The translations under genes were made by a program, and so were the position numbers. A DNA stretch of 64,000 nt from Alphaproteobacteria bacterium. Lineage in GTDB: Bacteria > Pseudomonadota > Alphaproteobacteria > G965222575. Shown piece by piece: positions 12,933-22,681 of the stretch (position 1 is the first letter of the stretch; each line of letters begins with the position of its first letter). Where the stretch lies: positions 1,151,847 to 1,215,846 of the forward strand of contig OZ244958.1 in assembly GCA_965222575.1 (NCBI GenBank), read 5' to 3'. Under the pieces are notes generated by a model, which was not told the DNA's origin, ran no database searches, and saw only the letters and a program-made list of their open reading frames with translations.

Positions 12933-13061
12933 TTCTCTATATTTACCTGACTCCATGCGCCGGGCTTGAAGCAATTATCTCATGAAAATCAATCTATAAG
13001 GAAGAAAACCTAAATGCGTGCATTGCGTGCATTTTAAGGCACGCATTTAAGGAGTCCTTTA

Positions 13062-13089
13062 TTGTCGTATAAGATATATTATGTTAAAT
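13062..13089 (+). other. dif-like XerC/XerD recombination site
   Basis: TTGTCGTATAA-GATATA-TTATGTTAAAT. The right arm equals the canonical XerD arm and the central region is 6 bp. The site is intergenic, between converging gene blocks. Confidence 0.82.
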
Positions 13090-13267
13090 GAAGTTCCCTC
13101 TGACCTTATAAGAGGTTTTACCTTATAGGAGTATAGTCCTTAGGATTAGCGCTGTGTTCTAGTACATATAGAACATGGCAAAATATGGATTAAGTTCCCG
13201 CTATGCTTTTCTCAAAACTCTCCGGTAGGGTTCTACCTATTTCACCCGGTGGGGTTTCGACGGAAAC

Positions 13268-15784
13268 TCACTCAAAGCCAACAATTTTTAGGAACTCTTC
13301 CTCTGTCATAATGGAAATACCTAAATCTTTAGCTTGCTTAGCTTTTTTACCGGGCTTTTGACCCACAACAACAAAATCTGTCTTAGAAGAAACATTACTA
13401 ACCTGACCGCCTAAACTCTCTACATGTCCCTTAGCTTCTCTTCTCCCCATCCTATCAAGAGCTCCCGTAAAAGCAAAAAGCTTGCCCGCAAAACGACCGG
13501 GTTTCTTCTCTAAGGCCTTAGGCGTTAAATACCCTGAAAGCTTTTTCAGTCTTTCAACAGCAGAAGATGAAAAAAACGCCTCAAGTGACTTCCTAACACC
13601 TACCCCCACACCATCTAATCCTATAACAGTCTCCAAAAGCTCTCCTTTCTTCTCATGACATTGCCTAGCAAAGACTAGTAATTGCTCTTTAGTCCTCAAA
13701 AATTCCCCAATATCAGAGGAAAGATTCTTCCCAAGATTGCGAATACCCTGACTATACAGAACTCTGTCCAACCCAACACTCTTAGCTCTTTCAGTAGCCT
13801 CTAACAACTTCTCAACAGAGACCTCACCAAATCCCTCTTCAATAGACAAATCTACTCTTTTCTCTTTCTGCTCTTCTGCCCAATCAAAAATCTCCACCCC
13901 ATACCTAATCCACCCTTTTTCAAACAATACCTTCAAGGTTCTACCCCCCATCCCCTCAATGTTCATAGCATCAGCACTCACAAAATGCTCCAATTGTCCC
14001 AGTAACTGAGAAGGACATCCCTGCTCATTAGAACAACAATAAGCAGCAGACTCTTTCCCCACAAGACTTCCACACTCAGGACAATACTTAGGAAATTTAT
14101 ACACAGTAGCAAACGATGGATTATGAATCACTCTATCAATTTGTGGAATCACATCTCCGCTACGATACACAACCACCTCAGAACCAACACGGATAGCCTT
14201 TCCCGCCATATAATCCTCATTATGAAGAGAGACATTCCTCACCACTACTCCACCTAGTACAACAGGCTTAAGACGCGCAACAGGAGTCAAAGCCCCAAGA
14301 CGCCCAACTTGCACATCAATAGCCCGAACCGTTGATAACCCCTCCTCCGATGGAAACTTAAACGCCACTGCCCATCGAGGAGCCTTTGCTGTCTCCCCAA
14401 GACGACGCCTAACAGCAAAATCATCAACAGAAAAGACCACCCCATCTACCTCATAAGGAAGCTTATGCCGAATAGTGCTTAAATGGTTATAAAACGCTAC
14501 CGCCTCTTGAGGAGTGCGACAAAGCCTCTTTTTATGAGATACCTGAAAACCAAGTCCCTTCAGAACACCATGCATTTCCGCTGCTCCCTTACAACACAAT
14601 ACCTGCATAGTCTCTTCACTCCACCCATGAAGGGTATACTCTAAACAGGACAACTTCTCTTTCCACTGTGCTTTCTCCTCCTCTTTAGAAGGCGGTAAAG
14701 ACCTCATAATACCAGCCGCTGCATTCCTAGCACTACTCCCCCTCCCCTCCCCCTCTATCTCTGTTTTAAGACCCTCAAAGGTCTCCTTCAAAAAATACAC
14801 CTCCGCTACAACATGAAGCGCTTCCCTACAAGCAATTCTTTGAGGAATAGAACCAATGTGAGCAACATTCTGTGTAAGCTCCTCTCCCTCTTGGCCATCT
14901 CCGCGACTAAGAGCCCTCACAAGCCTCCCATCCCCATAATGAAGAGCCAAGCAAACACCATCAATCTTTTCCGTTCCCCAAAAAGCAAACGCCTCTCCCG
15001 TTCCCCAAAAAGCCTCCAGTTCCTCCTTCTTCTTCAAATGCGGGAATAAAAACCGTGCCATTTTATTCAAGCACTCTCTAAACTCAGATTCCTCAAGAGC
15101 ATTCTGTAAAGACAAAAGAGGTTGGGAATGCCGCCCCTTGTAAAACTTTTCGTAAGGGGCATCCCCAACAGGAGATGACAAATAACGAGATAATACAGAA
15201 GCAGATGTATCTCCAACAGGTTGACGCTGCCTTTTAGAGACCCCTTCATCATAATCATTGCCAACAGGCAAGCGTTCTACAAATCTCTCCATCCTATCGT
15301 AGTCTGCATCACTTATCAAAGGCCTATCATAGCGATAGTAACAACGCCTATAATAATAAAGAAGCAGGGGCATATTCAAAGACGCGGCACAGATATCCCA
15401 CAAAAGCTGAAAGGGGTACCCTGAGCGCGGCGACTTGCTCTCTGAAAACCCTCTTTCTTGATAAGGTCTCCTGATTGTTTCCCATAATGCAATCTTTTTT
15501 CTATTACTAGAATCTTTCTTTAACCTATTTATAAATATGTCTATTTCAGAAAAAATATCGCTGCCTTGTTCAAGACAGTTTGCTATGGTTTGTAAAAAAG
15601 AGGCATGTTGAGGATAAAATGCTTTTAGGAGAGGGAGAGAGCGGAAATCTGAGACAAGGTGCTTGAAAAATGTTGGGATATCTTTTTTCTGTGCAGAATT
15701 TTCCCTGTATAAGTCTAGGCTTAAATCCAGACTTTGAGCTATTGTTGCCCACTCTATAGCTTGGTCTTTATCTTTTTCTTTCAA
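13268..15784 (-). CDS. ligA: NAD-dependent DNA ligase with a ~135-aa N-terminal extension
   Basis: ISDADYD, EKIDG, SRGDGQEGE, RNAAAG, PRWAVAFKF, Zn finger and C-terminal BRCT domain. Confidence 0.93.
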   Translation of the reverse strand: MKEKDKDQAIEWATIAQSLDLSLDLYRENSAQKKDIPTFFKHLVSDFRSLPLLKAFYPQHASFLQTIANCLEQGSDIFSEIDIFINRLKKDSSNRKKIALWETIRRPYQERGFSESKSPRSGYPFQLLWDICAASLNMPLLLYYYRRCYYRYDRPLISDADYDRMERFVERLPVGNDYDEGVSKRQRQPVGDTSASVLSRYLSSPVGDAPYEKFYKGRHSQPLLSLQNALEESEFRECLNKMARFLFPHLKKKEELEAFWGTGEAFAFWGTEKIDGVCLALHYGDGRLVRALSRGDGQEGEELTQNVAHIGSIPQRIACREALHVVAEVYFLKETFEGLKTEIEGEGRGSSARNAAAGIMRSLPPSKEEEKAQWKEKLSCLEYTLHGWSEETMQVLCCKGAAEMHGVLKGLGFQVSHKKRLCRTPQEAVAFYNHLSTIRHKLPYEVDGVVFSVDDFAVRRRLGETAKAPRWAVAFKFPSEEGLSTVRAIDVQVGRLGALTPVARLKPVVLGGVVVRNVSLHNEDYMAGKAIRVGSEVVVYRSGDVIPQIDRVIHNPSFATVYKFPKYCPECGSLVGKESAAYCCSNEQGCPSQLLGQLEHFVSADAMNIEGMGGRTLKVLFEKGWIRYGVEIFDWAEEQKEKRVDLSIEEGFGEVSVEKLLEATERAKSVGLDRVLYSQGIRNLGKNLSSDIGEFLRTKEQLLVFARQCHEKKGELLETVIGLDGVGVGVRKSLEAFFSSSAVERLKKLSGYLTPKALEKKPGRFAGKLFAFTGALDRMGRREAKGHVESLGGQVSNVSSKTDFVVVGQKPGKKAKQAKDLGISIMTEEEFLKIVGFE

Positions 15785-17438
15785 TGACTCTTTATTTTTT
15801 GTTGCGTCGCACGCTTCAGTAAAAAGTCCGCTGTTTCGTACACAGAAGCCGCAGTCGTTTTTCCAGCAAGCATTCTCACTAGCTCTTGAAGGCGCCCTTG
15901 TTTGGTCCGTAAACTCTTCACTTCAATCCCCTCTTTTTCTTTTGAGATACAAAAATGGCAATCTGCATAAGCCGCTACCTGAGATGAGTGCGTAATCAAA
16001 ATCACTTGGGTGCTTTTTGACAACACATATAACCGCTGAGCCACAGCCTCAGAGGTCTGACCTCCTATTCCTCTGTCAATCTCATCAAAAACTATCACCT
16101 TCGCCATACTCACCGTATGGACTTTTAACGCCAACATCAACCGAGACATTTCCCCTCCAGAGGCCGCACGCCCTAACTCTTCCATTTTCCCATCAGGATA
16201 TCTCAAACAAAATGCAACCTCTTGATGCCCTAACGATGTCCACTTCTTGACTTCAAGGTCAGTAAACCTCACCCGGAAAATAGACCCTTCTATCTTCAAA
16301 ACCTTAAATTCTCTTGCCATGTGCTTCTCCAATACATGCGCCGTCTCTTGACGAATTTCCGAAACTCTTCGCGCCTTTCTTTCATAAAGACTCTCTGCCT
16401 TCCTAACCTCTTCCTCAAGACTCTTAAGATGCAAATCCTTCTCTTCTACCTCCCGAAGCTCTTGGCGCAATACCTCATGGTGATTTTCCAAAGACTCCAC
16501 AGGAATCCTATACAATGACCCCAAAGCTTGTAAAGCATACAACCTCTCCTCTATCTTCTCTAAAGACCGTTCATCATACCCTGAAACCTTTTCTCTCAAC
16601 CCCATGACACACCCCTTCCCTTCCTCATATTCCACCAGCGCTCTTTGAAAGGATTCTAAAGCCCCTTGCCCCTCCTCTAAAGGCAATCCCTTCACCTCCT
16701 CTAATAGCCTGTGAGAGGCTCCTCAATCACACGACTATCAGATAAAATCTCTCCAACACACTGTAATGTCTTGAAAAGACTATCTCTAGAACGCAACACA
16801 TTCCTCTCAGCAAGAAGAGCTTTTTCCTCCCCCGCTTTAGGACTCAAAACATCAAAAGCCTCTAAAGACTGCTTAATATCAGACAAAACCATGCGCTGAG
16901 CGCGCTCTTGAAAATCCTTGAGACTTTTTCTTTTCTCCTTCAAACCCTCAAAGGCAGACTTCAACGCCTCTAAAGGGGCTCTATCCTTTATCAGCGAATC
17001 CAAAATCTCAAGCTGTGTTCCTTTTCGCAGTAAAGCCATCTCACCCCCTTGAACATGATACTCCAAAAATACAGGAACCAAAGCCTTCAGAGTCGTCAAC
17101 TGTACAGGCTGGTCACTGATATAGCACTTATGACGACGAGACTCCCCTACAATCCTTTTAACCAAAATCGTCTCCCCCTCCTCTACCATAATGCCCTTTT
17201 CCCTCAAAAATGCCGCCATCTCCTCCTCGCAAGAAAACGCTACACAAACACCGCCACTAGATGCCGTAGACTCTAACGAAAGCCGACCGCGACCCCAAAA
17301 TACAAAAGAAAGACACTCCAAAACCATACTCTTGCCAGCACCAGTCTCACCTGTCAAAGCATTTATCCCTGCAGAAAAAGACAACTCCAAAGACCCAAAA
17401 GGACTCATCCGGTAACAAGATATCGACTGCAACATCAA
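15781..17438 (-). pseudogene. recN: DNA repair protein RecN split by a frameshift near 16720 (ORFs 16701-17438 and 15781-16695)
   Basis: The N half has TGETGAGKS and the C half has ASGGEMSR, FDEID and ITH. Combined length is ~549 aa. Either a real lesion or an assembly error. Confidence 0.85.
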
Positions 17439-17455
17439 AACACCCCCTTCACCCC

Positions 17456-18247
17456 TTACGGGGTAACAAGTTCATTAGCCCACATCGTCCACTGACTCTT
17501 GGGATAATTCAATTCCAACATCTCAACCATAGACAACGCCTCCCCTTCAACACCAAGAGCAAAATAAACCTCAACAAGCCTATACAGAGCTTCTTCTATT
17601 TGAGGCGTAAAGTAATACTCGCCAATAACAATCTGATACCTCTTAATAGCAGAGGGATAATCTCCTTGCTTTTGATAAAATCTTGCAACATACATCTCTC
17701 TAGCAGCAAGCTGGTTATAAATGAGCGCAATCTTCACTTTCGATTCCTGAGCATAGACACTGTGAGGAAAACGCAAAATCACCCCTTCAAAAGCCTGCAA
17801 AGCTTGAAGTGCTGTCTGTTGCTCCCGTTCAATATCAGGAATCTGACCATAAAAACACTCCGCAATAAGATAGTAAATATACGGAACAAGAGAATGCTGA
17901 GGATAAAGGGTTAAAAAATTTTCCCCAACATTGATAGCTTCTGTGTAAAATTGCCCAACATAATAAGAAAATGCCGACATAACAAAAGAATGTGCAGACC
18001 ACTTAGAATACGGATATTGACGCTCTACATTACGAAACATCTCAGCAGCTTCCTCAAAGCTATCAATCTCAAAAAGCGCCATAGCCTCCGCATAAATCTC
18101 AACAAGAGTCTTCTCCTCAATAGGAGAAATCACAGAAGGAACTTCTCCATACAAAGCACTATCAGTATCCCCTTCAGCATCCCCTTCGGCAGCCCAAAGA
18201 CTACAACCCCAACACAAAAATGACAAAATAAAAAGCCGAAACAGCAT
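17456..18247 (-). CDS. bamD: Outer membrane protein assembly factor BamD
   Basis: TPR lipoprotein with YPYSKW, RFPHSVYA, EMYVARFY, EEALYRLVEVY; lies upstream of recN. Start estimated. Confidence 0.9.
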   Translation of the reverse strand: MLFRLFILSFLCWGCSLWAAEGDAEGDTDSALYGEVPSVISPIEEKTLVEIYAEAMALFEIDSFEEAAEMFRNVERQYPYSKWSAHSFVMSAFSYYVGQFYTEAINVGENFLTLYPQHSLVPYIYYLIAECFYGQIPDIEREQQTALQALQAFEGVILRFPHSVYAQESKVKIALIYNQLAAREMYVARFYQKQGDYPSAIKRYQIVIGEYYFTPQIEEALYRLVEVYFALGVEGEALSMVEMLELNYPKSQWTMWANELVTP

Positions 18248-18314
18248 CTGATACTGCTGCTGTAGAACCTTGCTCACTTTCCCTCCCTCTTTACACTTCA
18301 CCAGACAAATCCTT

Positions 18315-19694
18315 TTACTGCTCCTTCCCCTTAAGAAAACGCTTCCAAAAAGAAGACGCAGACTCCTCTTCAACCGATACACCTTCTTCCTTCTGAATCG
18401 GCAATTCTAACTCTTCTTGCTCCCCCTTAAAACCTTCCTCAAAAGAAGAGGTCTCCCCCCCCTCCTTCTGTAACTGTGCATGAGAAAACAGTAAGGTATT
18501 GTTCTCATTGGGATCAGGCAATCCCGTAGCCACAACAGTCACAATCATAGAAGTCGCACCCTCCACATGACGCGCTCCAAGCACAATGTTCACATCCTCA
18601 CTGGCTTTATCCCGAATCACCCCCAACGCTTCCTCTACCTCCGGTAACTTCATGTCCTCTCCCCCAGCTATATTCACCAAAATATCCGTAGCATGCACTA
18701 AAGATACCTTATCCAAAAGAGGATTATAAATCGCACCCTCCGCCGCCTCCACAGCCCGCCCCTGACCATCAGCAACTCCTATCCCAATCAAAGCCCTTTT
18801 CCCCTTATTCTCAATCACAGCACGCACATCAGCAAAATCTAAATTAATCAAGCCGGGCTTCACCATCACATCCACAATACCCTGAACCCCCTTATATAAT
18901 ACCCTATCCGCCTCCTTAAACGCATCTATCACAGAAGTATTTTTATCATTCAAACGATACAGATTCTGATTATACACTACCACTAATGTATCCAACTCTT
19001 TCTCTAATTCTTCCAATCCTTTCTGCGCCATTAAAGCACGCCTCTTCCCCTCCATCTCAAAAGGCATAGTCACAATGCCAATGGTCAACGCTCCCTCCTC
19101 CCGAGCAACCTTTGCCACCACAGGAGACGCTCCAGTCCCAGTACCACCACCCATACCACCTGTAATAAAACACAAATGCGCACCCCTAACCGCTTCCCGT
19201 ATTTCTTCCTCAGACTCCTCCGCCGCTTGCCTCCCAAGCACAGGATCAGTCCCAGCACCAAGACCCTTCGTACAACTCCTCCCCAACTGAATACACTTCG
19301 AAACCCCAGTACGATGCAACGCCTGCAAATCTGTATTCGCCGCAACAAATTCTATCCCCTCTAACTCTTCATCTAACATGCGATTCAGCGCATTCCCTCC
19401 TGCTCCTCCTACTCCAAACACAATAATCTTAGGGTGAAACGACGGGTCACCATAAGAAAAATCCCCCTCTACCTTCTTCAAAGGAGAAAAACCACGCCTC
19501 CCTATCACAAGCGATTCATCAGGGAGTATTTCTTTTTCCTCAGGTAAGGGCGACACAGAAGCTTCTTTTGCCTCCGTGACTTTTGAAGAATCGTTCACAG
19601 AAACTTTCAGACTCTCTATATCCTGAGAAGAAAAAGCCTCCATCCCAGAGGAAGGCGTTTCATTTTTATCTTCTTTAAGAGGAATATTTTCCAT
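18315..19694 (-). CDS. ftsZ: Cell division protein FtsZ with an N-terminal extension and an atypical C-terminus
   Basis: GVGGAGGNA, GGMGGGTGTG, GLINLDFADV. Confidence 0.95.
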   Translation of the reverse strand: MENIPLKEDKNETPSSGMEAFSSQDIESLKVSVNDSSKVTEAKEASVSPLPEEKEILPDESLVIGRRGFSPLKKVEGDFSYGDPSFHPKIIVFGVGGAGGNALNRMLDEELEGIEFVAANTDLQALHRTGVSKCIQLGRSCTKGLGAGTDPVLGRQAAEESEEEIREAVRGAHLCFITGGMGGGTGTGASPVVAKVAREEGALTIGIVTMPFEMEGKRRALMAQKGLEELEKELDTLVVVYNQNLYRLNDKNTSVIDAFKEADRVLYKGVQGIVDVMVKPGLINLDFADVRAVIENKGKRALIGIGVADGQGRAVEAAEGAIYNPLLDKVSLVHATDILVNIAGGEDMKLPEVEEALGVIRDKASEDVNIVLGARHVEGATSMIVTVVATGLPDPNENNTLLFSHAQLQKEGGETSSFEEGFKGEQEELELPIQKEEGVSVEEESASSFWKRFLKGKEQ

Positions 19695-19826
19695 GAGTAC
19701 AGGAATACAGCAAAACTGCTATAAAGTGTACAAAATTTCCATGCAATAGAAAAGAATTTTTATCTAGCCCCCTTGACCTAAAAACCAAAGATACAACAAA
19801 ATACCCGCCAATCAATTATACTCTGT

Positions 19827-20996
19827 TCAAGCATCTCCGCCCATAAATCGAAAAAACCTTTTCAGAAAAGAAACGTTAGACAAAAAGCCAAAAGAAGAAG
19901 CTTTAGAGAGAGAAGGTCTTTGAGCCATCATATACAAAAGCCCCATGGCTACCCCATATTGAGGATGATAAGGGCGTACAAGAGGCTCTCTCACTGTTAT
20001 GCTAAGACGTTTGCCCATATAGTGCGCTAATCCTTTGAGCTGGCTTGTGCCTCCTGTGATGACAACAACGCTAGGGGGAGGAAAGCGTTCTGTCTTCACC
20101 AAATGAGGCCGAATGCCTTGACACAAGATATCAACGCCTGCTTTAACAGGCTTACTCACCTCAAAAACAGACACTTGCCGCATAGGAACATCACCAGAAG
20201 AAAGAGAAATAAGAGAAGAAGAAACTGAAGAAGAAGACAAATCTACAGACTGCTTTTTCAACTTCTCGGCATCTTCTAAAGAAATGCGGTACTGATACGC
20301 AAGACTTTGCGTCAAATGACTGCCTCCAACAGGAAGGACAAAACCATGCACCATCACGCCATTGTGAAAAATAGCGCCCCTCGTAGAGGCTTGACCCATA
20401 TCCAACACTAAAGACCCAAGATGACGCTCTTGGGGCGTGAGACACCCTAACCCTGCTGCTTTAGCAGAAAATCCATAGCGCTTAGGAGAAACATGACAGC
20501 GCTTCAAACACCTATCTATATTCCTAAGCGGCATCTCCGGCACACCCACAGAGTAAAAAGCCCCTTCCAAATGATGACCCTCCATATTAAGAGGATTATC
20601 CACCGCCACACCATCTACCTTATAGTGAAGAACATCAGTCCCCAACAATACATGATTCGTCAGCTTATCAGCTTGTCTACTCCTCATCAAACGCATATCT
20701 TCCGCCCCAATATAACGACCGTCTATAAGAATTTTATCTGTCGTATAGGAAAATACCATTTGTTCCATACAAACCCCCACCGCTACAGAACGTATCGTTT
20801 CTTCTTTTCGTATCTTCTCCAAAACCCGCAAAAGAGACCCCATAGCCAAGTCCATATGGCTAATCATTGCATTCTTAATACCCCTAGAAGGCACACTATT
20901 GTGCGTTAAAACCTCTAGCCTCGCGCCCTCCTTTACAGCCGCAACCACAGCAGAAAGTTTATGAGACCCCAAATCTATACTAGCGACACGATTCAT
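19827..20996 (-). CDS. ftsA: Cell division protein FtsA
   Basis: IDLGSHK, LDMG, VGGSHLT, VITGG and C-terminal amphipathic helix FLKRFFRF. Confidence 0.9.
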   Translation of the reverse strand: MNRVASIDLGSHKLSAVVAAVKEGARLEVLTHNSVPSRGIKNAMISHMDLAMGSLLRVLEKIRKEETIRSVAVGVCMEQMVFSYTTDKILIDGRYIGAEDMRLMRSRQADKLTNHVLLGTDVLHYKVDGVAVDNPLNMEGHHLEGAFYSVGVPEMPLRNIDRCLKRCHVSPKRYGFSAKAAGLGCLTPQERHLGSLVLDMGQASTRGAIFHNGVMVHGFVLPVGGSHLTQSLAYQYRISLEDAEKLKKQSVDLSSSSVSSSLISLSSGDVPMRQVSVFEVSKPVKAGVDILCQGIRPHLVKTERFPPPSVVVITGGTSQLKGLAHYMGKRLSITVREPLVRPYHPQYGVAMGLLYMMAQRPSLSKASSFGFLSNVSFLKRFFRFMGGDA

Positions 20997-21761
20997 CAGG
21001 GCCCCTTAGGCATGATAAACAGTTTCTTAGAAGAAACAAAAAGCCTTAAATCCAAAATCCGCGCAGAAGACAATAGCTTCCCTTCCGAATCATAGGCTAA
21101 AAAGGCCGTCCATGCTTCCTCATACCCAAGCGCAGGAAGCTTAACTACTCACCCCATCAAAGACCATATCCCATCGCCCACTCTGAACATATACCAACTC
21201 CTCAACCTTCCCATATAACCCCACGCGGCGACAAAAAGACAAAACCTCAACAGCTTCTTTCTCCTTCCCCATACCCCTTAAAATAGGCAACAACACCCCA
21301 TCCAAAACAAAACGATCTCCACCCATGAAAATCCTCTCCTCCCCCTGAATTTCCTCCAAAAATAGAATAAACTCCCCCTGCCAATTCATCAAAACACTCT
21401 TTTCTTCTTCTGCTCTTTCCATCACCGCCATAGGCTCATGCTCCCTTACCAAAACCTCAATAGTCTCCGGAAAAACTTTGCGTAAAACCACACCCCTCAC
21501 CCATGGAAGACTCTTGATATCCCGCGCCATCTCCTTTAACGATACCCCCAACATCCCCTCCCCTACCACCTCAACAGCTGCCTCAAGAGACTCAAGCGAT
21601 TGACGATTGTTCCCCTTAATCATAACAGTCTTGACCTCAAGACCACTATCCCTCACAAAGGCTTGTACGCCTTCTAATAAACCTCCCCTCAATATACTCC
21701 ACGCAATACCCCCTACTAAGACACAAAAAATAAACAACAAGCCTATCCTTCTCACACGCAC
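20996..21761 (-). CDS. ftsQ: Cell division protein FtsQ, frameshifted near 21150
   Basis: POTRA motifs LPWVR...FPETIEV. The C-terminus continues in another frame as VVKLPALG...RILDLR...KGP* and ends in TGATG overlapping the ftsA start. Confidence 0.82.
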
Positions 21762-22681
21762 TTTTTCCTCCCCTTAGCTAAATCTAACAAACGAAGACAA
21801 ACATCCTGCTCTGTCAAGGACACAGAGGTGAGAATCGCAGGCACTAAAGATGTAGAGGTCATACCAGGATGCGTATTCACTTCTAGCAAAAAAAGACCCC
21901 TCTCAGGGTGAAGACGCATATCAACACGACTGATATCCTCACACCCCAATAGCCCATGAGCCGCACGGGCTATAGCATAAGACTGCTCCAAAATACCCCC
22001 CTCCACAGAAGGCGGACAGAGATGTTCCACATTCCTATCTTGATACTTAAAACGATAATCAAAAACTTCTCCCTTAAAGACACTCTCAACTGCCCCTATC
22101 ACTTCCTCCTCCAAAATCGCCACCGTCAGTTCTCTCCCTTCTATATACTCCTCCACTAAAACCATCTCTCCAAAAGACCACTCCACAGGAATATCCTCTA
22201 TCCCCTTAAGGTAAAACACCCCAATACTAGAACCTTCAGCAGTAGGTTTTATAATCACAGGAAAAGACAACTCTCCTTCCTCAAGTTTTAAGCAAAGATG
22301 GTCAAATCTTACCACATACCCCTGCGGAATAGGCAACCCTGCCTCTTGAAAAAGTAACCTCGAAACTTGCTTGTTCATAGCCATAGAACAAGCTAACTGA
22401 GAAGAGTGCGTATAACACACCCCCATGGTATCAAATATTCCCTGTATCACCCCATCTTCCCCTATAGTCCCATGCAACGCATTATAAACAATGTCAGTAT
22501 TCAAAGACTTTATCCGCTCTAAAACTGAAAAATCCTTCATATCCAACGCTATCACATCAAATCCTGCTGCTTCCAAAAATCCCTTGACACGTTGTCCAGT
22601 TAACAAAGAAATCTCACGCTCCGATGAAACGCCTCCCATCAATACGACAATTCTCTCCTTTCCTGTTAAGTGCTCAATCAT
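21752..22681 (-). CDS. ddl: D-alanine--D-alanine ligase
   Basis: MGGVSSEREISL, ALHGTIGEDG, EGSSIG, LEVNTHPGMTSTSLVP. Confidence 0.95.
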   Translation of the reverse strand: MIEHLTGKERIVVLMGGVSSEREISLLTGQRVKGFLEAAGFDVIALDMKDFSVLERIKSLNTDIVYNALHGTIGEDGVIQGIFDTMGVCYTHSSQLACSMAMNKQVSRLLFQEAGLPIPQGYVVRFDHLCLKLEEGELSFPVIIKPTAEGSSIGVFYLKGIEDIPVEWSFGEMVLVEEYIEGRELTVAILEEEVIGAVESVFKGEVFDYRFKYQDRNVEHLCPPSVEGGILEQSYAIARAAHGLLGCEDISRVDMRLHPERGLFLLEVNTHPGMTSTSLVPAILTSVSLTEQDVCLRLLDLAKGRKKCV

